Notes: generated by a model not told the origin, from the letters alone. DNA of 64,000 nt from Camelus dromedarius (GCF_036321535.1 NC_087436.1:71240001-71304000); one strand, 5' to 3'. Positions 26,451 through 40,180 are shown, counted from the first letter of the stretch. Numbers and translations: made by a program.

Positions 26451-29400
26451 CTAAAACTATACTAAAGGAAAAAAAATTTTCACCACATCAATGACAGCTA
26501 AGACATTGAATCAATCTGTCTGGAATAGTTATTATATAAAAAACAAAACAAAACAAAAAAAGCCCCTTGAGGTAATAATGACTTATACACGTGCTCTTTT
26601 TACTTTTAGTTATTAATAATAATCTCACCACCATATTATCACCATTATGTCTCTACTTAAATTTTTGTCTTGCTTCCTTAGGAATGTTTCCTTTCTTCCC
26701 AGCCATTAAATCCTGGCACCCTTCCTTATCGACCAGGAGACACTCAAACACTCCAGCCTTCACTGATATGCTAAAGGCGCATAACATGTTTTCTAGATCA
26801 GTCATTATAAGGCTAATTGTATAATGATTTAGTTTAATTGTATGTTTTTTTAATCAATCAATTGGAAAATTTACTATACTTTATGGGAGAACGTATATTA
26901 AGTACCCAGTAAACAAATAAAAATAATATATTTTGTGTCAATAATACGCTAAGTGTTTGCCTAAAACTCACCATTAATAATTACATGTTATGTCTTCATA
27001 CTTTTTGAAGGCATAAGCTATAGACATTTATTCTATCTCTGATAAATGTTTTAGTCTTCTTACAAATCACCTGAAAAATGTGAGCTTTTTTTCCCTTCTC
27101 AGTGAGATAGGAAATAGTAAGGATTGTTAAAAAGATACATGTTAGATAGTCTTGTATCCAAAAAAAGCCACCTCTCAGACTTTCTGATGTCTTCAGTGTT
27201 CTAAAGACCCAGTTTGAAGATCTAATTTTAAAACTGGCTCAAGAGATCCTATTCAAATGTTTGAGTCTGTTTTTACAGGATATCCTTGGCTAACTCTACT
27301 CTAAGAAATTTAACACAGTTGGACTGTATTCTTTTGGCTATGAAATACCTTTCACAGGAATGGCCATTAAGGTGGGGTTACAGTACGTGTGCAAAGTGGG
27401 TGGAACAGAGAATGTGTGTGACCCTCTCTTTATGCAAGATGTTCTTACATCAATCAAAATATATTTTTGGAAACAATCACATATTTTGCCTCTATACCTA
27501 GAAATATAAGGGATATTATCAATGGATTGAATACCGAGCACTTACGGTCTCCCCTTCCCTTTAGTTTTTATGCTGTCTATCACATTTAAGTTGTTCTTTT
27601 TCAGCTTTAGTTACTGGAGCTGGGGACCTAAGGTAAGGGACTTCATGACTGGTCTTATTTTTTCCTTTGTTATTGCCAAGAATTGAAGAAGACTAAAACA
27701 GATGACCTCCCTATTTGTACTGAAGGAGGGTTGGACATGGTACCTCTGTCACTTTCAACACCATCATTCTATCTCTGGACCAAAAGTTAGAAGAATCTGC
27801 AAAAGTAAGTAAATGGGCTCATGAGGACTGCATTAGTACTACTATCCTCTGACTTGCATAAAACTCACTTCTTGTTTTAATCATGTCATAAATAAAACTT
27901 CAGGAGTCTATACTCACAGAGAATAAATTTGATTTCTTCTTTTAATCACAAATAAAATACTGGGGAATTTGGGAGAAAATTCTGTATTTGCAAGATATTA
28001 GTTGGAAAAAGAAAATAATCATCAAGGAGGATTAAGGCTCCAAATTTAGACGTATAGACACTGGAAAATTGAGAATTCCAAAATTCTCCTAGTGACTCAG
28101 GATACCAAAACCGTATTTGTGATGCATTTAAGATTACAAATCATGAGGTAAGGTATACTTGAGTTATAAAGATAAAATTTATTTTTTCTGACATTAGTCC
28201 ATTTTAACCTTTTTTTTTTGCCATTTTGCATTTGACATCTTATCATTTTTCATCCCAAATTACATACATGAAAGGATAGAGGGTATACAACTCTGACAAG
28301 AGCCCATTCAACAACCTCTTCATATATGTAGTTTCTGCAACTACAACAACACGGAACTACAACAATGTGAACCACAGAAATACGGCAATTTGTGCTATGG
28401 AGGTGATATTTGGAAAATAAAAGCATTCTTCTCTGCCTTTGTGCATAGATGACTCACTAACCATCCCCAAGCACTGTCTGGGAGGCTGGAAAGGGAAAGG
28501 AAAGAGGCTGCTGGACACTAGGATTGTTGCATCAAAAATATAAAGAGACTTAACATTCAACTTCTGGAGTCCAAATAAGCTTTGTCAAAATAAAAGAGAT
28601 CTGTAGGCTAAGAGAAAAGGGATTTTCTAAATCCTCTTAGTTCTCACATAACAAACATATCAACGTTAGGTCTAGTGACCAGAATACAGAGGGTTTTTAC
28701 TTTTTTGTTTGTTTTCATTTATGTTTTCCTCCTATGAGACAAAGTCCTGGCCATCATAAGTCTTAATCGTGAGGCTAAGAGCAGTGAGGAAAAAACATTT
28801 AACTGGAGGAAGAAAAAAGGCAAGCTTGGCCCTTTTGATCTTGGACTGCCTCTAGGACGAGGAAACAAATAGGAATGAGGAGACAGTGATTCCGATTTCT
28901 TCCCAGTGCCCTTCAAGGCCAAGTCTCAAAAGAGAAGGAACATGGTACCAAAACATACTGATCTCTGAGGACTTCCAAGGGCCAAAGCCTGTTCGCCTGC
29001 TCTACTTGGGGGACTCGGGAAGGAGAACACATCTTTTGCCAGCATGTCAATCCAACTGCAGCCAAGGAAGCCACGATGCCCCTTGGTTCCTGTGCTGTAA
29101 GAACAGCAATATCTGAGTTTCCTAGGGAGCCTGTGGAAAAGGGCTGCTGACCAGCATCACTGCAGTTCCACAACTGGAGCTGCAGGTGGGCCACATGGGC
29201 TGGGGAAACAGGTGTCCTAGCCAGAACTCAGGGTGTCCGGCTGCATCGGTGAGAGAGGGCTGGACTCAAGTTGAGAAAAACGGGCAGTGAGGGCCAGCAG
29301 AGCTAGCAGCAGCCACGCAGGCAAGGGCATGCCCGGTGAGGGCCACTTGGCCAGCCAGAGGTGCCCATGTACCAGTCAACGTGCAAAACTTCTGCACGAA

Positions 29401-31390
29401 GTCAAAATGTGATGCAATCTACATTTAGGATAGCTGGACTCTTTTTCTCTCCTGCCTTTTTTTTTCTCCATGAATATTTGTAAAGAATTAACTTGTGCTC
29501 CAAAGTCACCACTCTAGTAATAAAAGGAAGGTCCAGCTTCATAATTTCTACTGCTTAGAGCAAATTCTTGGATTCCCATTTCCTTGATTTCTATTTGGGA
29601 TACAAAACTTGAAGTTAATTCAAGTTATTTGAGTTGCTTTATCAAAGTTGTCATAAGGTCACAAAAGGAAGAAATGGAGAGGAGTGAAGGGCTTGTGGAC
29701 ACTGTGACTTGAGGTCTGAGGCTCAGTATAACTGGGCCATTTAACTAGGAAAGATAAAAAGTCCAAAAGAGTTGGGATTTCACTCAAGAATAAAAATCTG
29801 AGTGGTATTGTCCACTCAGATAATTTTGTCCAACATCAATGCTTATATATTTCAAATCTATTAAAATAACCCCAGTGTATATCATAAATGTTCATTAATA
29901 ATTTGTAGAAGTCTGAGATGACAGGATGTTAGAACACACCTTCCATAAATTTAAGAGGAAGAGTACTACTGAGTGACAGTGTTCAAAAAATGCCCAGGGG
30001 GACTCAGATGACAGTAACCCTGTAACAACTACAAATGCCTCTGCTGACTTTTCAAATGTTGTGTCATCACAGAACAGAGAAGGATGTTGAAGAGACAGAA
30101 ACAACATATCCAACCTGGTTAAATTAACTGTGCCTCCTTTAAACATAAATAGGCAGGTGCACCTGCACACCTAGCAGAGATTTCCCTAGGACTTCCCTCT
30201 AGACTCAAAAGCCAAGCCCAGGGCCACCGAATGAGGAAGGAGAGTGTTTATTTGCATCAAATTTCTATATTGGCTTTAACTATATATGTCAACCAAAACT
30301 GGGAATGAAGAAATTAAAAGGCTGTCCTAATACCTTAATTTCTTGTTACTAAAAGGCTCTTCAGTGACATTTTATTAGCTGGGGCACAAGACATTAAAAG
30401 GATCTGCTTTCCTCATTCATTCATTCATCTCACCCAAAGAGGCTTAGACACAGCTTTTATCCCCTTTGTGCCTGAGGTTAGACCTGATAAAACTTGAAAA
30501 CATGGAAACAGAACCTGCCAACGTGCTAAAACAGAGGACTGAAGTTAGAGTGCAAAAAGTTTTAGTACCACATAGACATTATTCTTAACATTTAAAGAGC
30601 ACACAGCAATGTATAAAGCACTCTCCAAAGAAATAAAGCCTTCCACAGGTATTGTGTTAAAAATACTTACAATTAAAGACTGTCCTTTGGACAAGAATAT
30701 ACACAAAATCTTAGGATGCTTGGTATTATTCATCAGAGTTCTGAAATAATGAACAAATATCTCAGCACAGAATCAAAGAACAAGTTAACGTGGAATGGCA
30801 TGTAAGTGGTTACAGCTGCTGTGAAAGATGAAAAACAGAAACAAAAACAAAACCCAATTTGAACCAATGCCTCTTTTCAAAGATTTTTTTTTTCCAGCTA
30901 AGTAGTAAGGTACTGGGAAGTGATATAGGAATATGCTGTATAATTGCATATCTACTGTAAGTTTTATATTATCATGTACTGAAATGGCTCCAGTCATTCC
31001 TAAAATAAATCTTTCCATCCTATACAAAGTCTTAACTTCAAGAACTTCCATTAAGGATTTTTAAATTTAGATATTTAGACTAGATGGATCACAGATGAAA
31101 ATTGGAATACAATTTATGGTATTTAGAAAGAACAAGTATTCAGCTTCCTTTGCAAAACCATGTATTAAAGAAGCGTTTATTTTGGCCAGAGTATAGCCCT
31201 TACATTTCAGTTCATAGTCCTCATAATCTAATCTCAAACAATTTTCAAATCAAAATACTATTTTCTGTTCTATACTTATTTTTCCCCATTGTTCCATTTC
31301 TCTTTAACATATATTACTAATCTCTACTTCATCTGCCTGAAAGTTGCCCCTCAGGGAGACAGGGGTAAAAAGATCCCATAAAGAGAGGAT

Positions 31391-31575
31391 ATAGATACAC
31401 ACTACAGTATATAAATCAGATAAACAAGGTCCTACTATATAGCACAGGGAATGACATTTAATACCTTGTAATGGCCTATAATGAAAAACAATATATAGGT
31501 GTAAATTAATCACTATGCTGTACACCAGAAATGAACAACACATTGTAAACTGACTATACTTCAATTAAAAAAAAA
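31391..31575 (+). mobile_element. Short L1 3'UTR insertion
   Basis: gataaacaaggtcctactatatagcacaggga...cattgtaaactgactatacttcaatt plus polyA, flanked by an agaggat direct repeat. Confidence 0.85.
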
Positions 31576-32219
31576 AAAGAGGATTGAGAATAACACACCT
31601 GAATCCTCTGCAGGGATGCAAGAGCCCCCACACACATAAGCAATACTTATTTGCAGAATACCAAATGAAGATGATCAGAGGCAAATAGCAGTGATCCTCA
31701 TAAATAAATTTCATATTTAAAGTTAATCACTGATGATTTAGAAAATAAGCAATGATAAATACAAATAAAATCAACTTTACAGAAAACATCTTCTTTGAAA
31801 GTATCAATCATACTAGCTCGAAACAGAAACAATGAAGCCAAAGATTACTTAACCTCCAGAAATAAAGTCCTTACACAAATGCTTCCTTCCCACTTATTAA
31901 TGTGAAAGTTTGTAAGATACACGTGTAAAGAACATAAGCACAGGCTTTAAAATGTGTTTAAACAGGCACGCTTGGCATGGGCAGAGTCAAAATGTACTTA
32001 GTATTTTACTAAAAATAGGGTCTATCCCTCATAAGCAAAAGCAGTGGATGAATAAAACCAAACATTGAGTATATTTTGATAATTGGATATATTTTATCTT
32101 CAGAAAGAGCAAACACATTTTAAATACAAACAAAAGTTTTTTCTTGGTATGAACTGTTCTTTCATGAGTCAGTAATTGATATAGTTACTTCTAGCAGGCA
32201 ATCATTGAAGAATCAATAT

Positions 32220-33038
32220 CACCTCACACCAGTCAGAATGGTCATCATTAAAAAGTCCATAAATGATAAATGCTGGAGAGGGTGCGGAGAAAAGGGAACC
32301 CTCCTATACTGTTAGTGGGAATGTAGTTTGGTGCAGCTATTTTGGAAAACAGTATGCAGAGTCCTCAAAAGACTAGACTTACCATGTGATCCAGCAACCC
32401 CACTTCCGGGCATACATCCAGAGGGAATCTTAATTCAAAAAGATACTTGCACCCCAATGTTCATAGCAGCACTATTTACAATAGCCAAGACATGGAAACA
32501 GCCTAAGTGTCCCTTGACAGATGACCGGATAAAGAAGATGTAGTATATTTATACAATGGAATACTACTCAGACATAAAAAAATTATAAAATAATGCCATT
32601 TGTAGCAACATAGATGGCTCTGGAGAATGTCATTCTAAGTGAAGTAAGCCAGAAAAAGAAAGAAAAATACCATATGATATCACTCATATGTGGAATCTAA
32701 AAACAAATAGAAATGAACTTATTTACAAAACAGAAACAGACTCACAGACATAGAAAACAAACCTATGGTTACTGTAGGGGAAGGGGGTGGGAAGGGATAA
32801 ATTGGGAGTTTGAGATCTGCAGATACTAATGAAAATATACAAAATAGATAAACAACAAGTTCATACTGTATAGCACAAGGAACTATTTTCAATATCTTAT
32901 AGTAACTCATGGTGAAAAAGCATATGAAAATAAATATATGTATGTCCATGTATGCCTTAAATATTGTGCTGTATAACAGAAATTGACACAACATTCTAAA
33001 CTGACTCAACTTCAATAAAAATATATATTAAAAAAAAA
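32220..33038 (+). mobile_element. 5'-truncated lineage L1
   Basis: ORF2 C-terminus (DLPCDPATPLPGIHP...[22 protein letters not shown]) plus 3'UTR and polyA; TSD aagaatcaatat (32208-32219) / aagaatcaacat (33039-33050). Confidence 0.95.
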
Positions 33039-33254
33039 AAGAATCAACATTTACCTAAGTTATCTAAATTAGCTTTAAACCCTAAGATAAATTAACTACT
33101 TTTGATTTCACTTCAATCACCCAGATATTATATCTGAAACCTCACAATTCTCTTTCTCCATTAATGCTGTACCAATAACTAAATAGTTAACCAACGACTC
33201 TGAATTCCCAATACAGTTTGTGTATTTCTATATTCAACACTTCATTAAAAATAT

Positions 33255-34429
33255 CTCAGCAATGTTCTCCTACAGCAGTCTACCCAAGCAATAGGAATAA
33301 AAGCAAAAATAAACAAATGGGACCTAATTAAACTTACAAGCTTTTGCAGAGCAAAGGAAACCATAAGCAAAACAAAACAACAGCCTACGGAATGGGAGAA
33401 AACATTTGCAAAAGATGAGACAGACAAGGGTTTAATTTCCAGAATATATAAACAGCTCATACTACTTAATAAGAAAAAAGCAAAACCGATCCAAAAAAAG
33501 GCAGAAGAACTAAATAAGCAATTCAAGACATACAAATGGCCAATAGGCACATGAAAAAATGCTCAATATCGCTAATTATCAGAGAAATGCAAATCAAAAC
33601 TACAATGAGGTATCACCACACACCAGTCAGAATGGTCATCTTTCAAAAGTCCACAAAGAATAAATGCTGGAGAGGCTGTGGAGAAAAGGGAACCCTCCTA
33701 TACTGTTGGTGGGAATGTAGTTTGGTGCAGCTATTTTGGAAAACAGTATGGAGATTCCTCAAAAGACTAAAAACAGACTTACCATATGATCCAGCAATCC
33801 CACTCCTGGGCATATATCCAGAGGGAACCTTAATTCAAAAAGATACCTGTACCTCAATGTTAACAGCAGCACTATTTACAATAGCCAAGACATGAAACAA
33901 TCTAAATGTCTCTCGACAGATGACTGGATAAAGAAGATGTGGTATATTTATACAATTATACAACTACTCAGACATAAAAAATAATAAAATAATGCCATTT
34001 ACAGCAACATAGAAGACTCTGGAGAATGTCATTCTAAGCGAAGTAAGCCATGAAGAGAAAGAAAAATACCATATGATGTCACTCATATGTGGCATCTAAA
34101 AAAAAAAAAGACAAATGAACTTATTTACAAAACAGAAACAGACTCACAGACATAGAAAACAAACTTATGGCTGGGGGGAAGAGGGTGGGAAGGAATAAAT
34201 TGGGAGTTCAAAATTTGCAGATACTGACTGGTATATATAAAATAGATATACAAGTTTATACTGTTTAGCACAGGGAACTATATTTGATATCTTGTAGAAG
34301 CTTATGGTGAAAAAGAATATGAAAATGAATATATGTATATTCATGTATGACTGAAGCATTATGCTGTACGCCATAAACTGACACAATATTGTAAACTGAC
34401 TATACTTTAATTTAAAAAACACAAAAAAA
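33255..34429 (+). mobile_element. 5'-truncated lineage L1
   Basis: ORF 33536-33895 is the L1 ORF2 cysteine-rich C-terminus; TSD ttcattaaaaatat (33241-33254) / ttcattaaaaaatat (34430-34444). Confidence 0.95.
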
Positions 34430-36579
34430 TTCATTAAAAAATATGGAGTTACATTCTATAACACTTCAATTCTACTTTGTATAAAAACTCCTTTTGTTGT
34501 ATCTATCCATGAAGAGATAGAACAGGCCCAGTAAGACATGTTAATAAAGGAAATAAAGTATCATTATCCTTTATGTCTCACATCTGAAGATCTTTACGCT
34601 TCACTCTGCTTCTTGATTATTTTATATAGTAATTTAGGTTTCAATTGCCTTGTCAATAATTATTATAAATACCAAGATGATGAAATATACAAAACCAACC
34701 TGAAAAGGAATTCCATAAATATGATTGGTATTTCCATATGAATCCAATGGTAGTAGCCTTGACAAATAGCTGACCTTTAGATTACATAACTAAACTACGC
34801 CGCTGTGAAACATTTATCATTTAACACCCACCTAGAAGAATTTTGCTATTTGACAGATCTTAATGATTTAGTAATGTTATGTTTCAAGCTTCATTTAATA
34901 AGAAAACATCTGCTAAAATTAATCTCTCTTGGATTTTTTTTTGTGGGTTACAATGCCCACCCATGTTTCTCTTTGATTGGGGCATAGGTCATGAGAACTT
35001 TCAAATACAAAGGATTATAGTACCTGCTGATGTGTCTACAGATTCAGGGAAGGACTCTGTGCCTAGGAAGTTCCTAGTGTCAGTAAAGTAAGGAATAGTC
35101 TTCCCATTATTCTAATTTTGCTTCATGGCTTCATTCCCTGGCAACCAGGAGCAACTCCCAAATCATTTCTGACTTGTACATGTTTCCCACCTGGGACAAA
35201 GACACTCCTTCACAGCACCATGACAACCACACCAGCAACACAAGCACTTGGGTTCGTGCAGGAAAATGAAAATCCTGAAAGGAAGCTAGGAGATAAAGGC
35301 TTACTATTCCTTGTTTCCCACTGGTAGGAAGTAATTACAAAAATTACTTTAACACAAAGCTTTTGGTGAATGAATAGTTTGTAATTTGAAGGGAGAAGCC
35401 TAAGGGCCTAGGGATTAAATAAAAAAATATGAAAAGCTGCATGATGTCATACAAGCACAGACCCCTCCCTGCCCCCAAAAGAGACTGCCTACAGCAAACT
35501 TCTTGTTGATGATAATGTAGACATTCTTCAGAGATGGTCAGAAGTATATTTTGGTTTTTATCTGAGTTTAGATCGATGACTGATTCAACAGCGGAGGTGA
35601 ACTTTAGGACCCTTTAATAGTTTATTAGCTATGTTGTTACCAAGTAATATTTCAAATCAGTAAAATATAAAATAATTTTGTCCAACCTAAAGATGCCAGA
35701 ATGGAAGTGGTTTCCATACTCCCAAAGCAGAAATCAGAAAAAGAACTAAATTCAATTCTTCCCCATGACGAAGCAGACAAGTTTCTTTATCATAAGCATG
35801 CCAAGTTTATATTTGTTGCTTAATGAAAAGGATGGTGTTCCTTTGCCAGAACCTGGCAGTGCTATGTGTTATGAATACCTGCCAGTTCTGCACTGGAAGA
35901 GATTATTTATATTGCCAAATGTAAAACTGCTTTAGGTCTTATTCTTAAAAGAGTAATTCTATGGCAGAGCACTGTATCTGTAATTTTACAAGTTCAATAT
36001 ATTTTTAAACAGCTATTTAATATGTTTCCACATTTCAAAAACAATATAACTTCCTACTAAGAGTCAAGGAAAGAAAATCTGTACAATATATGGGAATGGT
36101 TGAGGCTTTTTTGTTGTTGTTGAATTATATCATGTAATACATAATCTCAACAGGTTCAAAGCTGTGACTTTTATTGGAAACCTAGCTAAATATTTTTAAA
36201 GATCAGGAATCAAAATAGATGTTTGCATTCAGTCAAGTGGATTAACTTAGGGTTCTTAAGTATGGTAGAAGAACAATTTTTGTTTTATTTTTATTTTTTT
36301 AAGGATATAATGCCTTCTCTCCTATAGTGATAGGTAGCAAACATATTTCATGTGCTCCCAAACTTGTGCAATGTTCAATTTCTGATTCTCACGGATACAG
36401 AGTTGGGAATGAGAGAGTAGAAGGCAGGCAGAGACATTCTAAGCATCCATGAGACAATAGCTGGCACCTGACTCCCCAGATAACCTCTAAACATCCCTAC
36501 TACGACAGGTATATAAGGACATTCTTTGCAGTGACTTGGGGACATGAGTATGAAAATATGTTATGCATTTTTTAGTTCA

Positions 36580-36830
36580 TTTGCTGTCCATTGGCTCTTT
36601 TAACTTAATATATCCAAAATTATACCCACTTGTCATCTTTCATCAAGACTATTTCTACTTCCCATTTGAAATATTCAAATTCTCTAGTCTTCCAAATTAG
36701 GAATCTGAGTCAGCCTTGATTATTCTTTCTCTCTCTCCCACCAATATCTACTCCATCAAACAACCCTGTCAGTTTTACATCAGTCTCAATCAGTTTGGCC
36801 CTTCTCTCCATCTCACCTAGTTCAGATCAT
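36580..36830 (+). mobile_element. L2 fragment
   Basis: aacttaatatatccaaaatt...gaatctgagtcagccttgattattctttctctctc. Confidence 0.55.
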
Positions 36831-38469
36831 AATTGGCTTTAATTTAGAGCACTTGCAACAAATTACAGACCCTCAAATGAATGACAGTTCTGAATTGCTA
36901 AGCTGACAAAACAAGAAATGTGACGAGGCAATCACTGTGACAACTAACAAAATACAGCAGAGCACTGATTTACAGGGACTCTGCTGATGAAACTGTGCGG
37001 TTATAAGTGCCTTTGATTATTGTTAAAACTCCTCCTGATGACTTTCTGGCAGAGAAATTTATGAAGACCATGACTCTCAAATATCTCTCTTTCTAACAAA
37101 GTCTAATCTTATGTATTTTATTCCTCTTCCTATAACTCTGAAGAGAGACCTCATGTCTCCTCAAATAATAACCTATGTTGATCCCGATAAAGAAGCACTA
37201 TTTCATATGGTGCTGCAGTTTTAATTTATAAATCAATGTACCTTTCTAATCCTAGATCTAGTTAATTCTACATTTTAGAATGATGGAATAAATTATAGAA
37301 ATATATTCTTAACTTTAACTACTTGGAAAATGGTTAGTCCATGGAAAAGCTTGGCTCACAGTCCTGTAACCAAGAAGTTAAAAGAAGAATCTAAAAGTTA
37401 TTGTATGGTATTTCAAGTTCTGAATCTGAATCTCTTTTTACCTTAGGAAGATATTTACACTTTTAAAATCTTTTAAAATACATAGTTATAATTTAAGACT
37501 CTCTAAAAGAGGTAAATTGATATCACCAGAAAACCAGTTCTATCAGAACTGCATAAGTAAGGAAATAAAAATTGTTAACCTCATACTAGAGTTTACATGG
37601 AATATTCTAAGAGAACTGAATGGTTCCATTTTGGTTCAAGTTTTAAAGTAACTGAGAATTAACAAAGGAACCCCTTTTGCTTTGACCCATGACTGTTGAA
37701 AACCTTTCCAAAATATATTACTCCAGGTTGTGACCTACCTCTACTATAAAGTAATCTATTTGCAATTGAAAAACTCAAACAGCCTTCAGAGTCTGCATTC
37801 TTTAAAATTATTACACATATAACCTGAGTATATTGGTATTGATGTTACTGGAATTTATATTTTTAATAATTTCCTAAAGTAATGTGCCAAATTATCTTAA
37901 TTCCATCCTATTCTCTTAAATTTATATACCTTGACTTCTAAATTATTTCCCCTAGTCTAGCACCTAAAATATAATAGATATTAAACAATAGTTTTTGCAA
38001 TTTTCTTATTTCAAGAAAAAATTAATCTTCTCCCCTATTAATACCAGGCTACTGATATTTATAGAAATACTTTCAGAGATTGAAATGGAGCAGTAGGGTA
38101 GTTTGGTGAAACTAGACTAGGACAGGTGGAGTGAATGGAAGGACAGTCATAGAGACTGACCTGATTTCCAGTCCTCCAAGACCATTCCATAACATGCGGG
38201 CTATGCTTTCCTAAAAGACGTTTGACCATTTCCTCAAAAGAGGTATTAGACATTATTAACACATAACAATCAAGACTATAGGAAAAGTACTGTATCTTAC
38301 TATCCTTTGATCTAATCAGTCTTCTGATTTAGAGTGACATTTTTAAAACATGAAATATTTATAAATGAGAATTAATGGTAATATATTCACAACATGAGGG
38401 CAGGCAATATCTAACTATTCAACTTTAAGAAAACTCCTAACATACAAATCTTTTGCACAAAATAATTAA

Positions 38470-38732
38470 TATGAATAATAACAATAATACCAGCTAGCAT
38501 TAACTAGGCACCTTTTATTGTTGAGGGCTACCTTCAGCAATTTGCATATATTATTTCTAATTCTGATTACAATTGTGCAGTGTATTTTTATTCTCTAGTC
38601 ACAGATAGAGGAAAGAAAGCTCAAAAAGGTTAACTACTAATCTAAGGTAACAGAACAACTTGAGGTTGTAAAGCTGTCACTCACACCGGTCTATCTAACG
38701 GCAAAGTGTGTTTTCATTCTATTACACCACAG
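38470..38732 (-). mobile_element. MIR SINE
   Basis: cacagatagaggaaagaaagctcaaaaaggttaactactaatctaaggtaacag. Confidence 0.65.
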
Positions 38733-39060
38733 TGACCCTCTGGGATAGGCACACGTTTCATACCTCTGCATCTATTAATATAATCCTGTTGTTTCAAATC
38801 AGAAATTTTTCAAAAACTTTTCAGGCAATATTAATTTTAAATTTATTTTAAACTGTACTATCCTGTTAGTACAACACAGTAAGAGAAGCTGGTGGCATCT
38901 GAAAATTAGACTAATAACCAGGTAACAACTCTCAAAAGACACCATTAATTTAGAAGACAGATGGCCACTAAATTAAGACGATTATTTGTATCCCTGATAT
39001 TTCCTTAAGGGAAATTTCCATTGCCTTTAATTCAGAAAGTTGGCTGGGCAAAAGAAAGTA

Positions 39061-39305
39061 CAGTTGACCATTAAGCAACACAGGTTTGAACTGCTCGAGT
39101 CCATTTATACATGAATTTTTTTCTATGCTAAACATGATCCGCTGATCCATGGCTGGTTGAATCCGGGGTTAATTGAATCTGTGGATACAGAACCTCAGGC
39201 ATGGAGGGCTTGTGTATGTTAAGAGGCAGACTATAGATTATACTTGGATTTTTTACTACAAGAAGGGTTATTACCCCAACCCCAACACTGTTCGAAGATC
39301 AACTG
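39061..39305 (+). mobile_element. Tigger2/MER8-type non-autonomous Tc1/mariner element
   Basis: TIRs cagttgaccattaagcaac... / ...tgttcgaagatcaactg, flanked by TA on both sides (39059-39060, 39306-39307). Confidence 0.88.
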
Positions 39306-40023
39306 TATGGACTTTTTGAGATTTGGTTTAAAAAAAAAAACATAGATTTCCAAATTTCCTTTCTTCTCCATAAAGGGAACTTCTATACCCAACTTATAAA
39401 AACATCTCTAATGCCAAGTTGCTTTCAGATTTCATTAAAACAAACAAACAAAAAACCCAAAAATAGAATATCTAATATGCCATAATTTACTTGACTTTAG
39501 CAGTCCAGCCTACCTTGTAATAAAATTTGACAGAATCGTTCAACTCATGTGTCTCTTCTACATTGTAAAAAGCTTTGCAAAATAGACAAATAGCATTCTT
39601 AATTTCAAATGTATCTATCATGCTGGTCTTATAAAATACAATTCTTTGCCATATCTCATTTTAAAAGTTTTAAAATAATATTGATAATGCATAATTTAGA
39701 TACTTCTGAAAGACACAAATATTTTCAAATTTTAACATGTTAGAGAAAAGATCGTTTTAATGTGAAACTTTAAAAGAGATCATAAGTAACAAACATTTGG
39801 GGATACAATAAAGCACTGAAATAAAATAATGCCTATAACACAGTCCTCCATGCATTTTAAAAAAGGCAAGCCATATTTCATGATTAATAGATATAAACTT
39901 CTTTCACTATCTCCACATTATAGAAGAGCACATGACAATCACATTCTCTTAATTGATGGGAGAGTGTTTGCCATAGTGTCTTAAAATCATAGTTAATTAT
40001 TAAGGCTTGTCAAAGATGCCTAC

Positions 40024-40180
40024 CTCTGTAGTGGAAGTCTTGGGACATGTCTACGGGAGCCCGTTCTACTGCTGATCTCTTGTAGACAACGTGAATCCTT
40101 CCTTTTTCTTCTTCCATCTGCTTACCTCTTTCCAAGGGTTCAATGAAATACTCATCATTATCACTTTTTATCATTCCAGC
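40024..40180 (-). CDS. ADAMTS3: Internal coding exon of ADAMTS3 (procollagen N-proteinase / pro-VEGF-C-processing metalloprotease), prodomain region, probably exon 4
   Basis: Minus strand reads ...attttatgctttctttAG|GCTGGAATG...CACTACAGAG|GTaggc: polypyrimidine tract plus AG acceptor and a GT donor, 157 nt, open frame AGMIKSDNDEYFIEPLERGKQMEEEKGRIHVVYKRSAVERAPVDMSQDFHYR+G (phase 0 in, phase 1 out). It contains the ADAMTS prodomain motifs EYFIEPL and HVVYKRS and is near-identical to the human ADAMTS3 segment as I recall it. Not in the ORF track (short, no start codon). Confidence 0.96.

Larger units (their letters stand above)
1..40023 (-). other. ADAMTS3: ADAMTS3 intron downstream of the exon (probably intron 4), partial
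   Basis: Starts at GT donor 40023-40022 (minus). The next expected exon (ESDLEGLDD...furin RRRR site) was not seen in the window. Confidence 0.78.
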
